Part shown: positions 62,386-64,000 of the stretch, one piece after another
Layout: each line of letters begins with the position of its first letter
Position numbering within the stretch: position 1 is the stretch's first letter
The notes under the pieces: model-generated
What the model saw: only the letters and a program-made list of their open reading frames with translations
What the model was told of the DNA's origin: nothing
Databases searched by the model: none
Program-made: the position numbers and the translations under genes
Virus record (IMG/VR): IMGVR_UViG_3300045988_144812
Span: 64,001-128,000 of that record
From: a virus
Direction: 5' to 3' (one strand)
Length of the DNA: 64,000 nt

Positions 62386-64000
62386 ATGAGTGTACCTTAT
62401 CTAATAGGTCATTATCTCTATAATCTCTGGGCAGCTCCACACCAAGATAACCAAAGTATTGTAAGACCAAAACGCATCACTCCTTTGGGTGGTGCTAGAA
62501 ACCATGTTAAAATCGTTACGGAAGATTATAACCTTCCATCTAAACATGAACGTTATCATGCTTACATGATTGGACAAGTTCCTGAGGAAATGTTCAATTT
62601 TAATTTTGTAGAATGGCATGATCGTTCACACTGGTATAACATGGCGGACTTATGCGTAGAGCAAACCGTAGTATTTCAGTTTTATACTGATAAAGGTATT
62701 GTTATTCCATTGACACATATCTACTACACTCTAACTCGTGAGAAGAATTTAGTATTAGTTATTAAAGAAGATCTGAAAATTAATTGGGACATGAATACTG
62801 AAGATGTCTTATTCAGAACGTATAACAATGCATTGCTTCATCACGATGATCAGAATCTTCCTAAAGAGACAATTGCTATCCAGTATGCTAAACCATACCG
62901 TACTTCTGACAAGAGTCCTCTGATCAACTTCTACAATAAATATAAGTCTAAACCTGGGTATATTTTTACCTACATCAATGGTTACTTGGTTAATGACCCG
63001 ATTACTGTAGAGATTCTTGAAAAAGACGTAGTTGAACTGATTTACGATTCTACGATTACTAAAGTCGTAGAAATGAAGATCAGTACCATCCCTACATTTA
63101 AATCTATTATTGATAAGATCCGTAAGTATCTATTTACGCACGGATTGTCTTATCGTAAGAACTTATTTGAATATTTCGATGATTGTGATTTTCACTTATG
63201 TGCTTATCCGAAAACAACACCTAAATTATTTCGAGGTGTAATGTTGCATCGAAATTCAGAAACCAATATTCGACAAGTAGGTAATTGTGATTTCTCTATC
63301 TCTACTAACTTAGTTAGAGAGATGATGAACAATCACGACTTCATTAATGAGCAAATTGCCAATGTGGTATTTAAAGTATTTTATCGTAAACAATACGGTA
63401 AACGTACAATGCCGTTTGTCAATAATCGCTTACACGAATTGAATAAACTTGCTTTCCAAAATCGTGTAGCTGCCATGCAAGGTGTTCGTAGTAATATTAA
63501 AGAATGGCGAGCTGATGAATTAGAATCATCTACTCTATCTCAATTGATCTCTAAACCTAAAGCGGTTTGTAGTTTAAAAGAAGTACAAGATGCATACGGT
63601 TATAATGCTACGACTTACTATACTGGTAAATCACTACATCCATACGAAACGTTTATTGATGACGGATTAGGTGGTAAGTTAGTCAATGTGCCTTATGCTT
63701 ATCGACCATACTCGACCATTTTCGAATATGATCAAAAAGGTAAGCTTTTGGCATGGAGACGTTTAGGTGATTATAATCAGTACCCAGTAACTTCTCCAGA
63801 ATGTCGCTTAGTTGAATTTATTTCTGGTATCGGTACGCGTCAGCCTAATGACTATATTGATATTCTAGAAGTAGAAATTCCAGAAGATGAGGAATTTAGA
63901 GTATATGCCTGTGTGAAAACTCTGGAAGAAGAACCTGATCGATGGGAAGATGTGACTAACGAAGAAGGGGTGTGGGCTTGGAAGACCATTAATGGTAAAC
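62386..64000 (+). CDS. large hypothetical protein, N-terminal part (continues beyond the window)
   Basis: RBS AAAAGGAG and ATG 62386. I translated the frame to nt 64000 and found no stop. It is absent from the track because it has no stop in the window. Confidence 0.75.
   Translation, partial: MSVPYLIGHYLYNLWAAPHQDNQSIVRPKRITPLGGARNHVKIVTEDYNLPSKHERYHAYMIGQVPEEMFNFNFVEWHDRSHWYNMADLCVEQTVVFQFYTDKGIVIPLTHIYYTLTREKNLVLVIKEDLKINWDMNTEDVLFRTYNNALLHHDDQNLPKETIAIQYAKPYRTSDKSPLINFYNKYKSKPGYIFTYINGYLVNDPITVEILEKDVVELIYDSTITKVVEMKISTIPTFKSIIDKIRKYLFTHGLSYRKNLFEYFDDCDFHLCAYPKTTPKLFRGVMLHRNSETNIRQVGNCDFSISTNLVREMMNNHDFINEQIANVVFKVFYRKQYGKRTMPFVNNRLHELNKLAFQNRVAAMQGVRSNIKEWRADELESSTLSQLISKPKAVCSLKEVQDAYGYNATTYYTGKSLHPYETFIDDGLGGKLVNVPYAYRPYSTIFEYDQKGKLLAWRRLGDYNQYPVTSPECRLVEFISGIGTRQPNDYIDILEVEIPEDEEFRVYACVKTLEEEPDRWEDVTNEEGVWAWKTINGK

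Noticed and set aside
62401-62619. Minus-strand ORF 62401-62619
   Set aside because: It lies inside the long plus-strand ORF that starts at 62386, which has a strong RBS and runs to the end of the window.

Overview
AT-rich, densely packed phage DNA. It most resembles a jumbo myovirus of the phiKZ-like (nucleus-forming) kind. Supporting evidence: a T4 gp21/phiKZ-type prohead protease, a stand-alone fragment of a multisubunit RNA polymerase beta-prime subunit, a tail sheath/tube pair, a recurring AT-rich promoter motif, and a family of near-identical terminator hairpins. Recognisable metabolic genes are dcd, DHFR, NAD-dependent DNA ligase, and class Ia RNR. nrdB is split by a group I intron. 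nrdA is split by a group I intron and also carries two inteins. Other calls: a GH19 endolysin, a SleB-type hydrolase, a YadA-like trimeric autotransporter adhesin, a TARG1/DarG-like macrodomain protein next to a NADAR-like protein, a free-standing HNH endonuclease, and one tRNA-Tyr. Most other ORFs are hypothetical. The most unusual part is a 3.1 kb ORF-free island (23.66-26.75 kb). It contains a ~0.9 kb G+C-rich, strand-asymmetric segment that folds best as a minus-strand structured RNA. It also contains a 1.1 kb segment bounded by a perfect 67-bp inverted repeat and surrounded by two families of iteron-like repeats. All functional calls rest on motif recognition by eye, because no database search was possible. 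Coordinates include stop codons.
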